DNA of 64,000 bases from Candidatus Caldarchaeum sp. (GCA_038831915.1 JAWBKB010000006.1:1-64000), one strand, 5' to 3'; counted from the stretch's first letter, positions 38,669-49,732 are shown. Notes: generated by a model from the sequence alone, not told the origin. Made by a program: numbers and translations.

Positions 38669-39589
38669 TGGACTTAGTTTACCACTTTCACCATGGCCGC
38701 TATGTCTTTCCTTTTAGCGGGTTTGGGAGTTTTTTCGGCTACATCCTGGTTCGGGCCGCAGAACTTTTGTCAGACAAATACGGATCAGATCGGTTCGTCA
38801 TCGGATTTGTTTTTCTCTCTGTTTTGACGTACACCCCTGAATGGACCGTTGTCGCCATATCGGCTCTCCGTGGAGTCGTTGAAATTTCGGTCGGAGATAT
38901 CTTCGGCTCAAACATAGTTAACATTAGCCTTGTGGCAGGCATAGCTTTCCTCTACGCGAAAAAGACCCTTGCACTCACACCACCTCTTACCAAATCGTTA
39001 GGAGAATTGCTGTATCTTTTAGCGTTGATACCGCATGTGGTCCTGTATTTCGGTACCACTTCCAGGCTGAGGGGAGTTGTGCTGACCGTCTTCTTCGTCG
39101 GCTACGTCGCCTTGGCTCATTCGTTTTCAAAATCAGTGACATCGGTTCATCACAAGCATCACGTTCGAGCGCTGTTTCTTTCGCCCTCATTCTGGTTAGC
39201 GCGGCAAGGCTGATTTCTTCAGCTAACTTCCTCGTGTCCGCCGCAAAGGCTCTCGCGGAGCTGACTGGAGTGTCGCGTGTAGAGGTTGGCGCTAAACTCG
39301 TGGCTGTTTCGACTTCTGCGCCAGAGCTTGTGACCGTGGCTGCTTAAATGCGGCGGGGAGAAAGCGAAATGGCTTTGGGAAATGCCGTCGGCTCCAACCT
39401 GACCAACGTAACCCTCATCCTCGGCTCCTCGCCCTTTCAGGCGCGTCCATCGACCTAATCTCACACATCTTCACAATCCTTTTCGTAATAGTTGTAAGCA
39501 TGACTTTCTGGTTCTTCATCTCATACGGAAAAATCGGCTTAGTTCACGTAGCAGTTCTTCTGGCTCTTTACGCCACTTTCCTGCTGATA
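38665..39589 (+). pseudogene. Ca2+/Na+ (CaCA family) antiporter pseudogene
   Basis: Alpha-1 repeat TYTPE...GDIFGSNIVNI in one frame; alpha-2 repeat VSTSAPELV..AA*MRRGESEMALGNAVGSNLTNVTLILG in another frame with TAA at 39345-39347. End coordinate approximate. Confidence 0.85.
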
Positions 39590-39659
39590 GGGAGGTGATA
39601 TAGATTTTAATTTGACCGCTTTACTTCTCAAATCAGGACATATAAAGAGGTGTTTAAAC

Positions 39660-41441
39660 ATGGCTGAGAAAATTATAGGTATCGACCTTGGGACGAGTAA
39701 TTCGGCGGCGGCCGTCGTCATAGGAGGGCGTCCGACGATTATTCCATCGATTGAAGGCGTCACTTTGTATGGAAAGGCCTTTCCGTCGTATGTTGCGGTG
39801 ACGAAGGAAGGAGAGCTTTTGGTCGGTGAGCCGGCGAGACGACAAGCGGTGCTGAATCCCGAAGGAACGGTGACCGCTTGGAAAAGGAAGATGGGCACAG
39901 ACACTCGCTACAAACTACATGGAAAAGAATTCACTCCGCAACAGCTTTCCGCTTTTCTACTTCAAAAGATTAAACGTGATGCTGAGGCCTTTCTCGGCGA
40001 ACCCATTAAAAAGGCCGTCATAACCGTCCCAGCATATTTCAACGACAACCAGAGACAGGCAACCAAGGATGCAGGTGTTATCGCTGGGCTTGAAGTAGTG
40101 CGAATCATCAACGAGCCGACCGCGGCTGCTCTTTCCTACGGACTGAACAAACTCGACCAAGAGATGAAAATTCTCGTTTTCGACCTCGGCGGCGGTACGC
40201 TTGACGTAACGATAATGGAGTTTGGACAAGGTGTTTTCGAGGTGAAGGCAACTGCAGGAGACACCCAGTTGGGCGGAACAGACATGGACAAAGCTCTCGT
40301 CGATTACATCATAGAAACCTACAAGCGGGACACAGGCATCGATTTGTCGAAAGACCCTTCAGCGATGAACAGGATACGAGAGGCAGCGGAAAGAGCGAAA
40401 ATCGAGCTATCCTCGATGACTGAAACCGAAATCAACCTACCCTACATAGCGTACGACTCTTCGGGGCCGAAAAACCTTTACATGCGGATTAACCGCGCCA
40501 CACTCGAACAACTCGTCAAACCTATCATCGAAAGGTGCAGAGGCCCCATAATGCAGGCTCTTCAAGACGCTAAGCTGAGACCGGAAGATATTGACAAAAT
40601 CATTTTAGTCGGGGGCCCTACCCGTATGCCTATCGTTCAGGAGTTCGTCAAAAGCGTTTTGGGTAAAGAGCCTGAAAGAGGAGTTGACCCGATGGAATGC
40701 GTCGCTATGGGGGCGGCTATTCAGGCCGCGATTCTTTCAGGTGAATTACGTGACAAGGACATAGTGTTGCTGGACGTGGTGCCCATTTCGCTCGGCGTTG
40801 AAACTCTCGGCGGGATATTCACCAAAATCATCGATAGGAACACCACGATTCCAGTACGTCGGAGCGAAATCTTTACCACGGCCGCCGACTTTCAAACAAG
40901 CGTCGAAATTCACGTGCTTCAAGGAGAAAGACCTATGGCCGCAGACAACGTTTCACTCGGTAGGTTCACTCTTTCAGGCATACCGCCTGCTCCACGAGGT
41001 GTTCCAAAAATCGAGGTAACTTTTGACATCAACGCAGACGGAATTTTGACTGTTACCGCTAAAGACCTTGGCACCGGCAAAGACGTTAGCGTCAAGATAT
41101 CTGCTCCACATAGACTATCGAAGGAGGAGGTGGAGCGGATGATCAGGGAGGCTGAGCAGTTTGCTGAACAAGACCGTCGAAAGAAACAGGAGGCTGAGCT
41201 GAGGAACGAAGCTGATTCGATGATTTACACTGTCGAAAAAGCCCTGAGGGAGATGGGTGACAAGATTGGAGCCGACATCAAGAAGGAAGTGGAAGCCGAC
41301 ATCTCGAAGTTGAAGGAGACTCTCGCCGGAAAAGACATAACGGCAATTAAGAACGCTTTAGAAAAGCTCCGTGTTTCAGCCCAGAAAATAGGTTCCGCTG
41401 TCTACGGTTCAGGAACTTCTGAAAGCGAGAAAAAGAGCTGA
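39660..41441 (+). CDS. dnaK: Molecular chaperone DnaK (Hsp70)
   Basis: [56 protein letters not shown]. Start at ATG 39660. Confidence 0.97.
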   Translation: MAEKIIGIDLGTSNSAAAVVIGGRPTIIPSIEGVTLYGKAFPSYVAVTKEGELLVGEPARRQAVLNPEGTVTAWKRKMGTDTRYKLHGKEFTPQQLSAFLLQKIKRDAEAFLGEPIKKAVITVPAYFNDNQRQATKDAGVIAGLEVVRIINEPTAAALSYGLNKLDQEMKILVFDLGGGTLDVTIMEFGQGVFEVKATAGDTQLGGTDMDKALVDYIIETYKRDTGIDLSKDPSAMNRIREAAERAKIELSSMTETEINLPYIAYDSSGPKNLYMRINRATLEQLVKPIIERCRGPIMQALQDAKLRPEDIDKIILVGGPTRMPIVQEFVKSVLGKEPERGVDPMECVAMGAAIQAAILSGELRDKDIVLLDVVPISLGVETLGGIFTKIIDRNTTIPVRRSEIFTTAADFQTSVEIHVLQGERPMAADNVSLGRFTLSGIPPAPRGVPKIEVTFDINADGILTVTAKDLGTGKDVSVKISAPHRLSKEEVERMIREAEQFAEQDRRKKQEAELRNEADSMIYTVEKALREMGDKIGADIKKEVEADISKLKETLAGKDITAIKNALEKLRVSAQKIGSAVYGSGTSESEKKS

Positions 41442-41443
41442 CC

Positions 41444-42556
41444 ATGCCGTCCAGCGATAAGGACTACTACGAAATACTCGGCGTTCCACGAAACGCGACA
41501 AAAGAAGAAATTAAACGGGCGTACCGAAAGCTCGCGCTCCAATATCATCCAGACCGAAACAAATCCCCTGACGCTGAGGAAAAATTCAAAGAAATCAGCG
41601 AAGCATACGCCGTTCTCGTCGACGACGAAAAGAGAAAGCTCTACGACATGTACGGAAAGGCAGGTGTTTCACAGACCTATTCGACGGAAGATTTGTTCCG
41701 GTCGACTTGGGTGGATTTCGACCAGCTGTTTAAAGACTTGGGCTTAGGCGATTTTGAATCAATTTTTGAAAGGTTTTTTGGGTTTGGGAGAAGGAGAAGG
41801 GGGCCCGAGCCAACAGTGGTGACGGCTGAGATTTCGCTTGAGGAGGTTTTCAAAGGCGGTGTGAAGGAAATTCCGCTTAACATGACTGAAACCTGTTCTC
41901 GATGCGGCGGCAGAGGCGGTGAACCTGGCTTTGTTGACAAATGCGATGTTTGCGGCGGCACGGGCAACAGAGTCGAAAGAGTTCAGACCGGGTTCATGTA
42001 CTTCACATCAGTAACTCCATGCGGCAAATGCCGTGGAACAGGTGTAATCATCCGCAAAGCATGTTCGACATGTAGGGGAAAAGGGGTTGTTTCAAAAACT
42101 GAGAAAATCATGGTCACCATTCCGCCGGGAATGAGTAACGGTGAAACCATAGTTGTGAAGGGTAAGGGGCTTTATGACGAAGCGGCCGGTGGCCGCGGCG
42201 ACTTAGTAGTTCAAGTTAAGGTGAGGACCAGTCGGTTTTTCAGGTTTGACGGAGACCGTCTCGTGATGATTCTTCCAGTGGCTCCGAGCGAAGTGGTTGC
42301 CCAGCGCGAAGTTTTGATTCCGTTTTTCGGCGAGACTCTTCGAATCAAGCTGCGGCGTGAATTATTGGAGAAACCCTTAGTATTGCGTGGGAAAGGAGTT
42401 CCGCTACATGATGGCCGCAGAGGCGACCTCGAAATCAGGCTACAGCTAAACATCCCTGAAAACATCAGTCGCGACCAGCACCGAATTTATTCAGAGCTTT
42501 TGCCCTCCGAATCCGCGTTGATGGACGAGGAGCGGAAACGCCTTTTCTCTCATTAA
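41444..42556 (+). CDS. dnaJ: Chaperone DnaJ
   Basis: J domain with HPD; four CxxCxGxG repeats. Confidence 0.96.
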   Translation: MPSSDKDYYEILGVPRNATKEEIKRAYRKLALQYHPDRNKSPDAEEKFKEISEAYAVLVDDEKRKLYDMYGKAGVSQTYSTEDLFRSTWVDFDQLFKDLGLGDFESIFERFFGFGRRRRGPEPTVVTAEISLEEVFKGGVKEIPLNMTETCSRCGGRGGEPGFVDKCDVCGGTGNRVERVQTGFMYFTSVTPCGKCRGTGVIIRKACSTCRGKGVVSKTEKIMVTIPPGMSNGETIVVKGKGLYDEAAGGRGDLVVQVKVRTSRFFRFDGDRLVMILPVAPSEVVAQREVLIPFFGETLRIKLRRELLEKPLVLRGKGVPLHDGRRGDLEIRLQLNIPENISRDQHRIYSELLPSESALMDEERKRLFSH

Positions 42557-42917
42557 CCTTAGAAACGTACATCAGCGGGTATTTGAGCGACGAAACATAT
42601 CTGACCGATGCATCGACAGAGGCGGCGCCGTAAGCCACTGTAACAGAGGCTTCGATGTTATCAGGTAGAACTGAGCCATAGCCATAAATTCCTTTTTTTC
42701 CCGGCAGTTTGCGTAGCTTGATTTTTACTGACTTCCGGAAAGGCTGAAGGCTGAAGGAATCCATGAATGCTTTCTCAAGTGATTTTTTGGTAGAAGCTGT
42801 TGCTGGTAGTCCTAACATGCTGTGGAATAGGGAGCCAAGGGCTATTCCGGCTTCGAAAATTGCACGTTCTCTATCCGTGAAGTCTGGTGGGAAAAATTTT
42901 TTCGCTGGGTCGGTCAT
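42465..42917 (-). CDS. mptD: Archaeal dihydroneopterin aldolase (MptD family)
   Basis: F...[31 protein letters not shown]. Start at ATG 42917. Confidence 0.8.
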   Translation of the reverse strand: MTDPAKKFFPPDFTDRERAIFEAGIALGSLFHSMLGLPATASTKKSLEKAFMDSFSLQPFRKSVKIKLRKLPGKKGIYGYGSVLPDNIEASVTVAYGAASVDASVRYVSSLKYPLMYVSKVNERKGVSAPRPSTRIRRAKALNKFGAGRD

Positions 42918-42986
42918 AGTATTACGAATTTTTACACGGTGAATCATGATAAAAAACGTTAAACTCTGGGTGTCGACGTTCAAGCC

Positions 42987-43391
42987 GTGAACGAAGTCGA
43001 AGAGTTTTTAGAAGCTTATTCCCAGGCTCGCAAAACACCGTCAACCGAGAACCTTCTCAAAATGGTGGAGAGGCTTCTTCCTTTCGCACCGGCTGGAATT
43101 GAATGGGGAATCGAAATATCTTCCGTCGCCGGTGTTACCTACATGATTGAAGGAGGCCGGTTCATCGCTGTAAAGGTTTCACGCGACGAATTCGGGCCTT
43201 TCATTCAGACCAGTGTCGCTCCCATCGGTCTCGAAGCCATTCCAGCGGCCGCGCTCAAAAACATCCGCGAAGTCGATTCTTTCGTGGAAAAAGTAGTCTC
43301 CCATCTCGGTGAATGGGCGAGAAAGATGCCGGCGACCCATCCACAGAGGCAGCTTGTGGAACAGCTTTTAAAAGCCCTTCGTGGAAAATGA
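42987..43391 (+). CDS. Hypothetical protein
   Basis: 134-aa ORF with natural composition; 4-bp overlap with the next gene. Confidence 0.7.
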   Translation: MNEVEEFLEAYSQARKTPSTENLLKMVERLLPFAPAGIEWGIEISSVAGVTYMIEGGRFIAVKVSRDEFGPFIQTSVAPIGLEAIPAAALKNIREVDSFVEKVVSHLGEWARKMPATHPQRQLVEQLLKALRGK

Positions 43392-43666
43392 CCGCGATGA
43401 TAGAAAAGATCACCTTAACCTTGGTCGAAGGGGACTATCCTTTCAAAGTTTTCCGTGGAAACATGGTTGTGAAAGGTTTAGAGGTGAAGTTTGAAGGAGT
43501 TGTTTACCTAAGCGTGGGCAGCCCGAACGTCCGTTCGCAAATCGACCCCGCTGACGTTGAAAAGCTTAAACAAGCAGGATTTTCCGAGAAAGATGTTGAA
43601 GAACTTGAGCTCAATCTTCAGCATAAAATCCTAAATGGGGAAGTGAGCCTTGAGCAAAAACGATGA
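43388..43666 (+). CDS. Hypothetical protein
   Basis: ATG 43388 overlaps the upstream TGA (ATGA coupling). Confidence 0.65.
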   Translation: MTAMIEKITLTLVEGDYPFKVFRGNMVVKGLEVKFEGVVYLSVGSPNVRSQIDPADVEKLKQAGFSEKDVEELELNLQHKILNGEVSLEQKR

Positions 43667-44069
43667 AGAAATACTTCAAGTTATTTTGAATGCGTTAGAG
43701 CTCGGCAAGCAAGGTTTCTCTGAAGAGTTCAACGAGCTACACACCACCGAATACACGAGGTTCAGCGACCTCCCGCCCTACCGGCTGCAGGACAGAGATG
43801 AAGGCCTTCAGCTAAAATTCAGCCTCTTGACGCAGCTAGTCGACTTCGAATACCGTGTTGAAAATTTCCGCGTCTTTTCGTCGGATGACATGGCGGTAGC
43901 GGTGTTCAACCTGCGATATCAAGGAATGGCGGTCAACGACTACGCGTTTGAAGGCAAATTGGTTAAAGGCGTATCGAGATGCACGACAGTTTTGAAGAAA
44001 ACAAGTCAGGGATGGCGTATTCTACATGAACATTATTCGCGTGTGCCGGAAGGCTTCTCATCTGATTAA
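43650..44069 (+). CDS. SnoaL/NTF2-like fold protein
   Basis: YTRFSDLPP, D.AVAVF, RCTTVLKK...GWRILHEHYS. Confidence 0.8.
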   Translation: MSKNDEEILQVILNALELGKQGFSEEFNELHTTEYTRFSDLPPYRLQDRDEGLQLKFSLLTQLVDFEYRVENFRVFSSDDMAVAVFNLRYQGMAVNDYAFEGKLVKGVSRCTTVLKKTSQGWRILHEHYSRVPEGFSSD

Positions 44070-44501
44070 GCTGACCACTTCTGGAGGCGTTTTTGAGATA
44101 TCGACGTATCCACGGACTATTTTGCTCAATTCGTATACCATGCATCCTGTCGCCGGTGGACCGTCAACACCGTAAAACAAGCCTTTTCCACGAATATAGT
44201 AAAACGTTTCTTCTTCTTCAGCACATTTATGAGTGAATGTGTCTTCGTCACGTAGCTGAAGAACTTCGAAGCACGGCTCGCCTGAGGCGCGACACACCAA
44301 CAAGACCCAGTGTCTGCCAGATTCGATCTCGGGTAGCATTCGCTCAGACGAACCGAGGACGTCGGGCCCTCTGAGACCTACTCGCATCACGCCGCACCGC
44401 CTACAACGCCAAACGTCAATCACTTTTAGAAGTTCTCTGCCGTCGTAGATGTTAACTGCTCCGTGGTAGATGTGGTCATGGCCTTCAACGCATGATTCCA
44501 T
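44058..44501 (-). CDS. Hypothetical Cys/His-rich protein, putative Zn-binding
   Basis: C...HDH...CRRCG plus further Cys/His; in line with the upstream minus-strand genes. Confidence 0.65.
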   Translation of the reverse strand: MESCVEGHDHIYHGAVNIYDGRELLKVIDVWRCRRCGVMRVGLRGPDVLGSSERMLPEIESGRHWVLLVCRASGEPCFEVLQLRDEDTFTHKCAEEEETFYYIRGKGLFYGVDGPPATGCMVYELSKIVRGYVDISKTPPEVVSLIR

Positions 44502-44516
44502 CGTTTGAACACCGTT

Positions 44517-45173
44517 TTACTGTTCTTGCTTGAGAATAACTGTTTCGCCGCCGTAGAGCCGTTTAAAATCCTCCGCGTCTTTTTCAGAGCCGACGATAGC
44601 ACCGTAATGCATAGGTATTGCGACTTTTGGTTTGATTGTTGTCGCCGCTTCGACCGCCTCCTTCGCCGTCATGACATATGTGCCGCTGACCGGAAGCAAA
44701 GCGATGTCAACTTTGAGCTTCTTCATCTCCGGAATGAAATCAGTGTCACCGGCGTGATAAATTGAAACATTTCCAATACGGAGCACGAACCCGACACCAC
44801 CATATTCTTTCGGGTGAAACACTTTACCAGGCTCGCGAAACTTATTGACGTTATAGGCCGGCACAGCATCAACTTTTACGTTTCCAACAGAAACCGATTC
44901 ACCGGGCGAAACAAGCTTCAAAACCCCTTTCCCCAACTTCTTCAACTGTGACTCGCAGTGCTTCGCCGCAACGATAACCGTCTTATCGGTCACAATTTTC
45001 TTCAAGTCATCGATGCTGAGATGGTCAAAATGGTCGTGGCTCACGAGAACAACATCCGCTGGAGGACCTCCCTTTATCTGATAAGGGTCGATGTAAATAA
45101 CCACATCACGTTTTATTCGAAAGCTGTCATGACCCAGCCAGGTAACTTCAACATCCTGAAAACGATACGTCAT
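44517..45173 (-). CDS. MBL-fold metallo-hydrolase
   Basis: WLGHDSF, SHDHFDH, YHAGDT, LPVSG, IPMHYG. Confidence 0.92.
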   Translation of the reverse strand: MTYRFQDVEVTWLGHDSFRIKRDVVIYIDPYQIKGGPPADVVLVSHDHFDHLSIDDLKKIVTDKTVIVAAKHCESQLKKLGKGVLKLVSPGESVSVGNVKVDAVPAYNVNKFREPGKVFHPKEYGGVGFVLRIGNVSIYHAGDTDFIPEMKKLKVDIALLPVSGTYVMTAKEAVEAATTIKPKVAIPMHYGAIVGSEKDAEDFKRLYGGETVILKQEQ

Positions 45174-45176
45174 ATT

Positions 45177-45491
45177 TTATTTAATCATGATTCGAGTCTT
45201 TAAAGCTTTTCCACCGAGCAGCCGTGTCAAAAGTTTTTTTCCCAAACTTTGAAGCCGCTTTTCCATCGCATCTCTTCCCATCATCAAAAGGTTATAATCG
45301 CTGAACATCGGCAGAAACCGCAGCTCAACCATGTCCTCGTAAGATCTAATTTCCAACAGCTTATCAAGCACACAAAAACCATTATTACAACCATAAACTT
45401 TGACACTGTCGCTAACTTCCAGAAGTCTGATGTCGTTAACGTCGTCGACAACCCGTCCACATACACATTTCACAGCGTCCAAACTAAACAA
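45177..45491 (-). CDS. Hypothetical small Zn-finger protein
   Basis: CVCG...CNNGFC; 3 bp upstream of the MBL gene. Confidence 0.6.
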   Translation of the reverse strand: MFSLDAVKCVCGRVVDDVNDIRLLEVSDSVKVYGCNNGFCVLDKLLEIRSYEDMVELRFLPMFSDYNLLMMGRDAMEKRLQSLGKKLLTRLLGGKALKTRIMIK

Positions 45492-45519
45492 TATATAACA
45501 ACGCCTATATTTTACCGCC

Positions 45520-46254
45520 GTGATCGACGTCCACTGCCACTTAACTGAAGAACCTCTCTACACGAACCTCAGCCAGGTATTAGAGGAATCCCGCAAAGAA
45601 AACGTCAGGGCTATCATAACTTCGGGCATAGGTTATGAAGACTGTGTGAAAGTTTTGAACATCATCGACGGCATATACGTTTACGCTTCCCTGGGAATTG
45701 AGCCCTACGAGCTTGAGGGGTACGAGAAAGTTATATATCTCATCGAGGAAAACGTCAAACGCATCATCGCGGTCGGCGAAGTCGGGCTTGACTACTACTG
45801 GGGAAAAAAAGAAACGCGGGAGTTTCAGAAGAAGGTTTTCCGGGAATTTATCGAGTTGGCGAAAAGCCATGACCTACCAATTGTGGTTCATTCACGAAGC
45901 GCCGGCCGTTATGCCATAGATGTCCTGATAGAAGCGGGAGCTGAAAAGGTTGTGATGCACGCTTTCGATGGGTCAGCGTCCGAAGCCGTCCGCGGCGCTT
46001 CCAAAGGCTTCCACTTCTCTCTACCGCCGTCTGTCGTAAGGTCGGACCAAAAACAGAAAATGGTGAAACGCCTCAGCCTCGAGAATTTGCTTCTCGAAAG
46101 CGATGCACCTGTTCTCGGGCCCGAAAGAGGTGTCGTCAACAAACCCGCCAACATAAAAATTTCAGCGGAAACAATAGCCAGAATCAAGAACATCTCTTTC
46201 GACAAAGTCGTGGAAGTTACGAGCGAAAACGCTAAAGCCTTATTCAGGATTTGA
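45520..46254 (+). CDS. tatD: TatD family nuclease
   Basis: IDVHCHL, AVGEVGLDY, VHSR.A, MHAF, LLESDAP. Confidence 0.93.
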   Translation: MIDVHCHLTEEPLYTNLSQVLEESRKENVRAIITSGIGYEDCVKVLNIIDGIYVYASLGIEPYELEGYEKVIYLIEENVKRIIAVGEVGLDYYWGKKETREFQKKVFREFIELAKSHDLPIVVHSRSAGRYAIDVLIEAGAEKVVMHAFDGSASEAVRGASKGFHFSLPPSVVRSDQKQKMVKRLSLENLLLESDAPVLGPERGVVNKPANIKISAETIARIKNISFDKVVEVTSENAKALFRI

Positions 46255-46267
46255 AGCTATAGCACGG

Positions 46268-47257
46268 GTGCGATGGTTGGCGGAACCCGATTCTCGGAAC
46301 ATTCCGTGGATTGAAAAATACCGACCGCGTAAACTCAACGATATCATCAACCAGGAACACGTGGTGGCGTCGCTCAAAAACATAGTGAATACGAAGAACG
46401 TTCCTCACATGTTGTTTGCTGGCCCTCCCGGCACAGGCAAAACAGCCACTGCCCATGCTTTCGCGCAAGAACTTTTCGGTCCACGATATGTCGAAGACGG
46501 TCATTTCGTCGAAATAAATGCCTCAGACGAAAGAGGCATAGAAACAATCCGTGAAAGAGTCAAAACATATGCACGTTCCGTGCCTTTCGGCGGCATCGGA
46601 TTCAGGATATTGTTGCTGGACGAAAGCGACCAGCTCACCGACGCAGCCCAGCACGCATTCCGAAGAACCATGGAACAATTCTCTACAACATGCAGGTTCA
46701 TACTCGCCGCAAACTACAGCAACCGCATCATAGAGCCAATTCAGTCAAGATGCGCTGTTCTGAGGTTTAGGCCGCTTGGAAAAGAAAACGTGGCCGCCAT
46801 GGTGGAACGAATCGCGAGGAGCGAAAAATTAACCGTAGATGATGAAGCGATCGACGCCATATATGAATTTTCACTCGGAGATATGCGGAAAGCAATAAAC
46901 ATCCTCCAATCGGCCGCAGCTCTATCAAACAAAGTCGATGAGAAAACCGTTTACAGGGTGATGGGCTTGGTTTACCGCGGCGAGATAAGACGGATTTTAG
47001 AACTCGCCATCGAAGGCAAATTCACTGAGGCGCGCAACCTTCTAAGAGAACTCATCTACGTCCAAGGCTACCAGGCGCAGGACATCTGCTATTCCATTTC
47101 ACGGGAAATACTTAACCTCGGCGTCTCCGAAACAGAGAAAGTTAAGCTCTACGAAATGCTGGGTGAAACAGATTTTCGGATTGCCGAGGGAGGGACACCG
47201 GAAGTTCAGCTTCAAGCATTTCTCGCAAAGCTTGCTCTGTTCAAGAGGCAAGGTTAA
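46268..47257 (+). CDS. rfcS: Replication factor C small subunit
   Basis: WIEKYRP, GPPGTGKT, NASDERG, DESD, IQSRC, GDMRKAIN; no intein. Confidence 0.96.
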   Translation: MRWLAEPDSRNIPWIEKYRPRKLNDIINQEHVVASLKNIVNTKNVPHMLFAGPPGTGKTATAHAFAQELFGPRYVEDGHFVEINASDERGIETIRERVKTYARSVPFGGIGFRILLLDESDQLTDAAQHAFRRTMEQFSTTCRFILAANYSNRIIEPIQSRCAVLRFRPLGKENVAAMVERIARSEKLTVDDEAIDAIYEFSLGDMRKAINILQSAAALSNKVDEKTVYRVMGLVYRGEIRRILELAIEGKFTEARNLLRELIYVQGYQAQDICYSISREILNLGVSETEKVKLYEMLGETDFRIAEGGTPEVQLQAFLAKLALFKRQG

Positions 47258-48486
47258 TGACAGCTCTTTGGACTGAAAAATACAGGCCCAAGAAAATCGT
47301 CGAAGTGGTTGGCAACAAACAAGCGATAGCTGAGTTTTTAGAATGGATCGATGGATGGCTTCGCAGCAAACCATCTAAGAAGGCGGCTCTTCTTTATGGC
47401 CCGGCTGGCGTGGGCAAAACTTCTCTCGTCCACGCATACGCCAACGAAAAAAGTTACGAAGTCATCGAAATGAATGCAAGCGACTTCCGATCCAAGGAAA
47501 ACATAGAAAGAATCGTCGGCGCCGCCTCGTCAATTTCCTCTCTAACTACTGCAGCGAAAAAAATAATTTTAGTAGACGAAGTCGACGGGATTGATGCCAG
47601 AGCAGACACTGGAGCAGTTTCAGCCCTCGTGCAAATCATCGACAAAACCAAAGTTCCAATAGTCCTCGTGGCGAACGACCCCTGGGACCCGCGGCTCGCT
47701 CCACTTCGAGAGATAAGCCAGATGATTAAGTTTTCGAAAATTCCGAAGCCATCCATCGCTTCCCATTTGAAAAAGATTGTGGCCGCTGAAAAAGTGAAAA
47801 TTTCGGAAGAAGAGCTTCGGAAAGTCGTCGAAAACTCTGACGGTGATTTGCGTTCAGCAATCAATGACCTCCAGCTCATTTCCTCCGCCGTGGGCCTCGG
47901 CCTCGAAACTGGTGAAAGAGACCGTGAGGCTGAAGTTTTCGATGCTTTGGCAAAGGTTTTTCACGCCAAAAGTTTCTCAGCCGCCCAAGAAGCACTATGG
48001 AATCTTGACATGAAGGAATCTGAATTCTTCACATGGGTTGTTGACAACGCGCCGAGCCAGCTTTCACCCCAAGACCTAGCCGAGGCATTTGAATATTTGT
48101 CAAAGGCAGACCTCTATTTTCAACGCATCAATCGAACTCAGGCATGGCATTATCTTCGGTATGCGATAGCTCTGATGACGGCGGGCGTAGCCGCTTCGCG
48201 TAAAACTACACCAACACGTTACGTCAAATTCAGCTATCCTGAAAGCATTAGGTTTTTGGCGCAAACAAAGTCTGTTAGGGAGAAGATTGATGAAATTTCC
48301 GAAAAAATAGCTGCTAAGCTTCATGTTTCGCGGCGAAAAACAAAAACCGAGATACTGCCGTTTGTAAAGATTATTGTCGCCAACGGAGACAAAAAAATGG
48401 CCGAATATTTTGGTTTGAGCCGCGAAGATGTTGAATTCCTCAAAACAGGTGAGTCTAGAAAGCAGAGGGCCCGTGGTTCCGGCTGA
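47257..48486 (+). CDS. rfcL: Replication factor C large subunit
   Basis: WTEKYRP, GPAGVGKT, EMNASD.R, DEVDG, GDLRSAIND. Confidence 0.95.
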   Translation: MTALWTEKYRPKKIVEVVGNKQAIAEFLEWIDGWLRSKPSKKAALLYGPAGVGKTSLVHAYANEKSYEVIEMNASDFRSKENIERIVGAASSISSLTTAAKKIILVDEVDGIDARADTGAVSALVQIIDKTKVPIVLVANDPWDPRLAPLREISQMIKFSKIPKPSIASHLKKIVAAEKVKISEEELRKVVENSDGDLRSAINDLQLISSAVGLGLETGERDREAEVFDALAKVFHAKSFSAAQEALWNLDMKESEFFTWVVDNAPSQLSPQDLAEAFEYLSKADLYFQRINRTQAWHYLRYAIALMTAGVAASRKTTPTRYVKFSYPESIRFLAQTKSVREKIDEISEKIAAKLHVSRRKTKTEILPFVKIIVANGDKKMAEYFGLSREDVEFLKTGESRKQRARGSG

Positions 48487-49627
48487 AGCCTTTCAGAAGT
48501 TCCTGTTCCAGAAGAACAGCTGGGATACCCGGTAGGTAGACGTATGTTTTTCTCCCTTTGGAGCCTTCGCTTCTCACCGACAAACGTAGGAATCCAAGTT
48601 CTTGAAGCTGTTGAAGCGTTTCCCAAAAAGTCGTGTAACCCTTAGCCTCTGACCTAACCTCTTCGCACACGAGTTTATAGAGTTGGAAAACTTCAGCAGC
48701 CGTGACCTGCGTTTTGTTAACTGATAGTGCACGAGCGGCTGCTAGGAGAATGAGTTTTTCATCGCGCGAAAGATAGAAAAGGTTTTCCCTGCGGATTGTG
48801 GGGTAGACGCTGGCCAAAGCTTTCCTCGCGTGCTCAGCGGTGACTACGTCGCTTCCTTCAGCTTCCGCAAACTTCCCCGACCTCCAAAGCAGGTCAATCG
48901 CGTAACGCGCGTCTTTTCGCTCAGAAGCCGCTTCGGCGAGAAATTCCAGCACCTCATCTGATATGGCGTTTTTATAGAAAGCTTCTGAAGCACGGTAGCG
49001 GAGAATTTCGAACAACTGCTGTTTATCGTATTCGTTGAGGTGAATGTTGCTCCCACCCATCCCGCTCAAAGTTTGGATGTCAAGTCGCTCCAGAAAATCT
49101 AGTTCACGAAATATGAGTAAAAGGGAAAGCAAGCTTCCTTCCTCGATGTCTTCTCCGCTGCGTGTTAACAAATAAATCGGAGCCGCGCCTTCCTCAGCGA
49201 TTAAAGCCTCAACCTCGTCAAGACAAAGAATTAGCCGAACTTTGTTACTGCTGAGAAAATTAACCAATACTTCGAGAATTTCTTCGTCTGAGAAACCACG
49301 CCGCGGCAAGTCGATGTCCAGCTGCTCAGCTGCTTTCCGCAAAATCGTGTAAAGTGATTTGTGTATCCGGCAGTTAACATGAAGAAACCGGATTCTTCTG
49401 CCTATTTTCTTCGATTTGTCTTCGATAGTTTGGCCAAAAAGTTTGGCGAGGCTTGTTTTACCCGTGCCGACGGCTCCCGAAAGATAAACACGAACATGAA
49501 AAGGCTTGTCGTCGGTCAAAAGAGACGAAAAAAAAGACATGAGAAGCTGCATTTCTCCTTCACGGAAAAGAAGTTTATCCGGAACATATTCGGGCGATAG
49601 TTTTTCTTCATGTTTGAAGACCGGCAT
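48455..49627 (-). CDS. cdc6: Cdc6/Orc1 replication initiator
   Basis: LSPEYVP..L.FRE, GAVGTGKT, VNC, LDEVE, DARYAIDLL, C-terminal wHTH. Start at ATG 49627. Confidence 0.93.
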   Translation of the reverse strand: MPVFKHEEKLSPEYVPDKLLFREGEMQLLMSFFSSLLTDDKPFHVRVYLSGAVGTGKTSLAKLFGQTIEDKSKKIGRRIRFLHVNCRIHKSLYTILRKAAEQLDIDLPRRGFSDEEILEVLVNFLSSNKVRLILCLDEVEALIAEEGAAPIYLLTRSGEDIEEGSLLSLLLIFRELDFLERLDIQTLSGMGGSNIHLNEYDKQQLFEILRYRASEAFYKNAISDEVLEFLAEAASERKDARYAIDLLWRSGKFAEAEGSDVVTAEHARKALASVYPTIRRENLFYLSRDEKLILLAAARALSVNKTQVTAAEVFQLYKLVCEEVRSEAKGYTTFWETLQQLQELGFLRLSVRSEGSKGRKTYVYLPGIPAVLLEQELLKGFSRNHGPSAF

Positions 49628-49732
49628 CGTCGTCAAACATGTTGTTTTCCCTGAATAAAAAATGAGAGATGTCTGAAAGTGGCGAACGCTGCGTGGCAGG
49701 TATAAAACACGGCTCACGTCTCTGGATGTGGT

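Noticed and set aside
49628-49732. Replication origin beside cdc6
   Set aside because: Short gap with no ORB repeats or AT-rich unwinding element visible.
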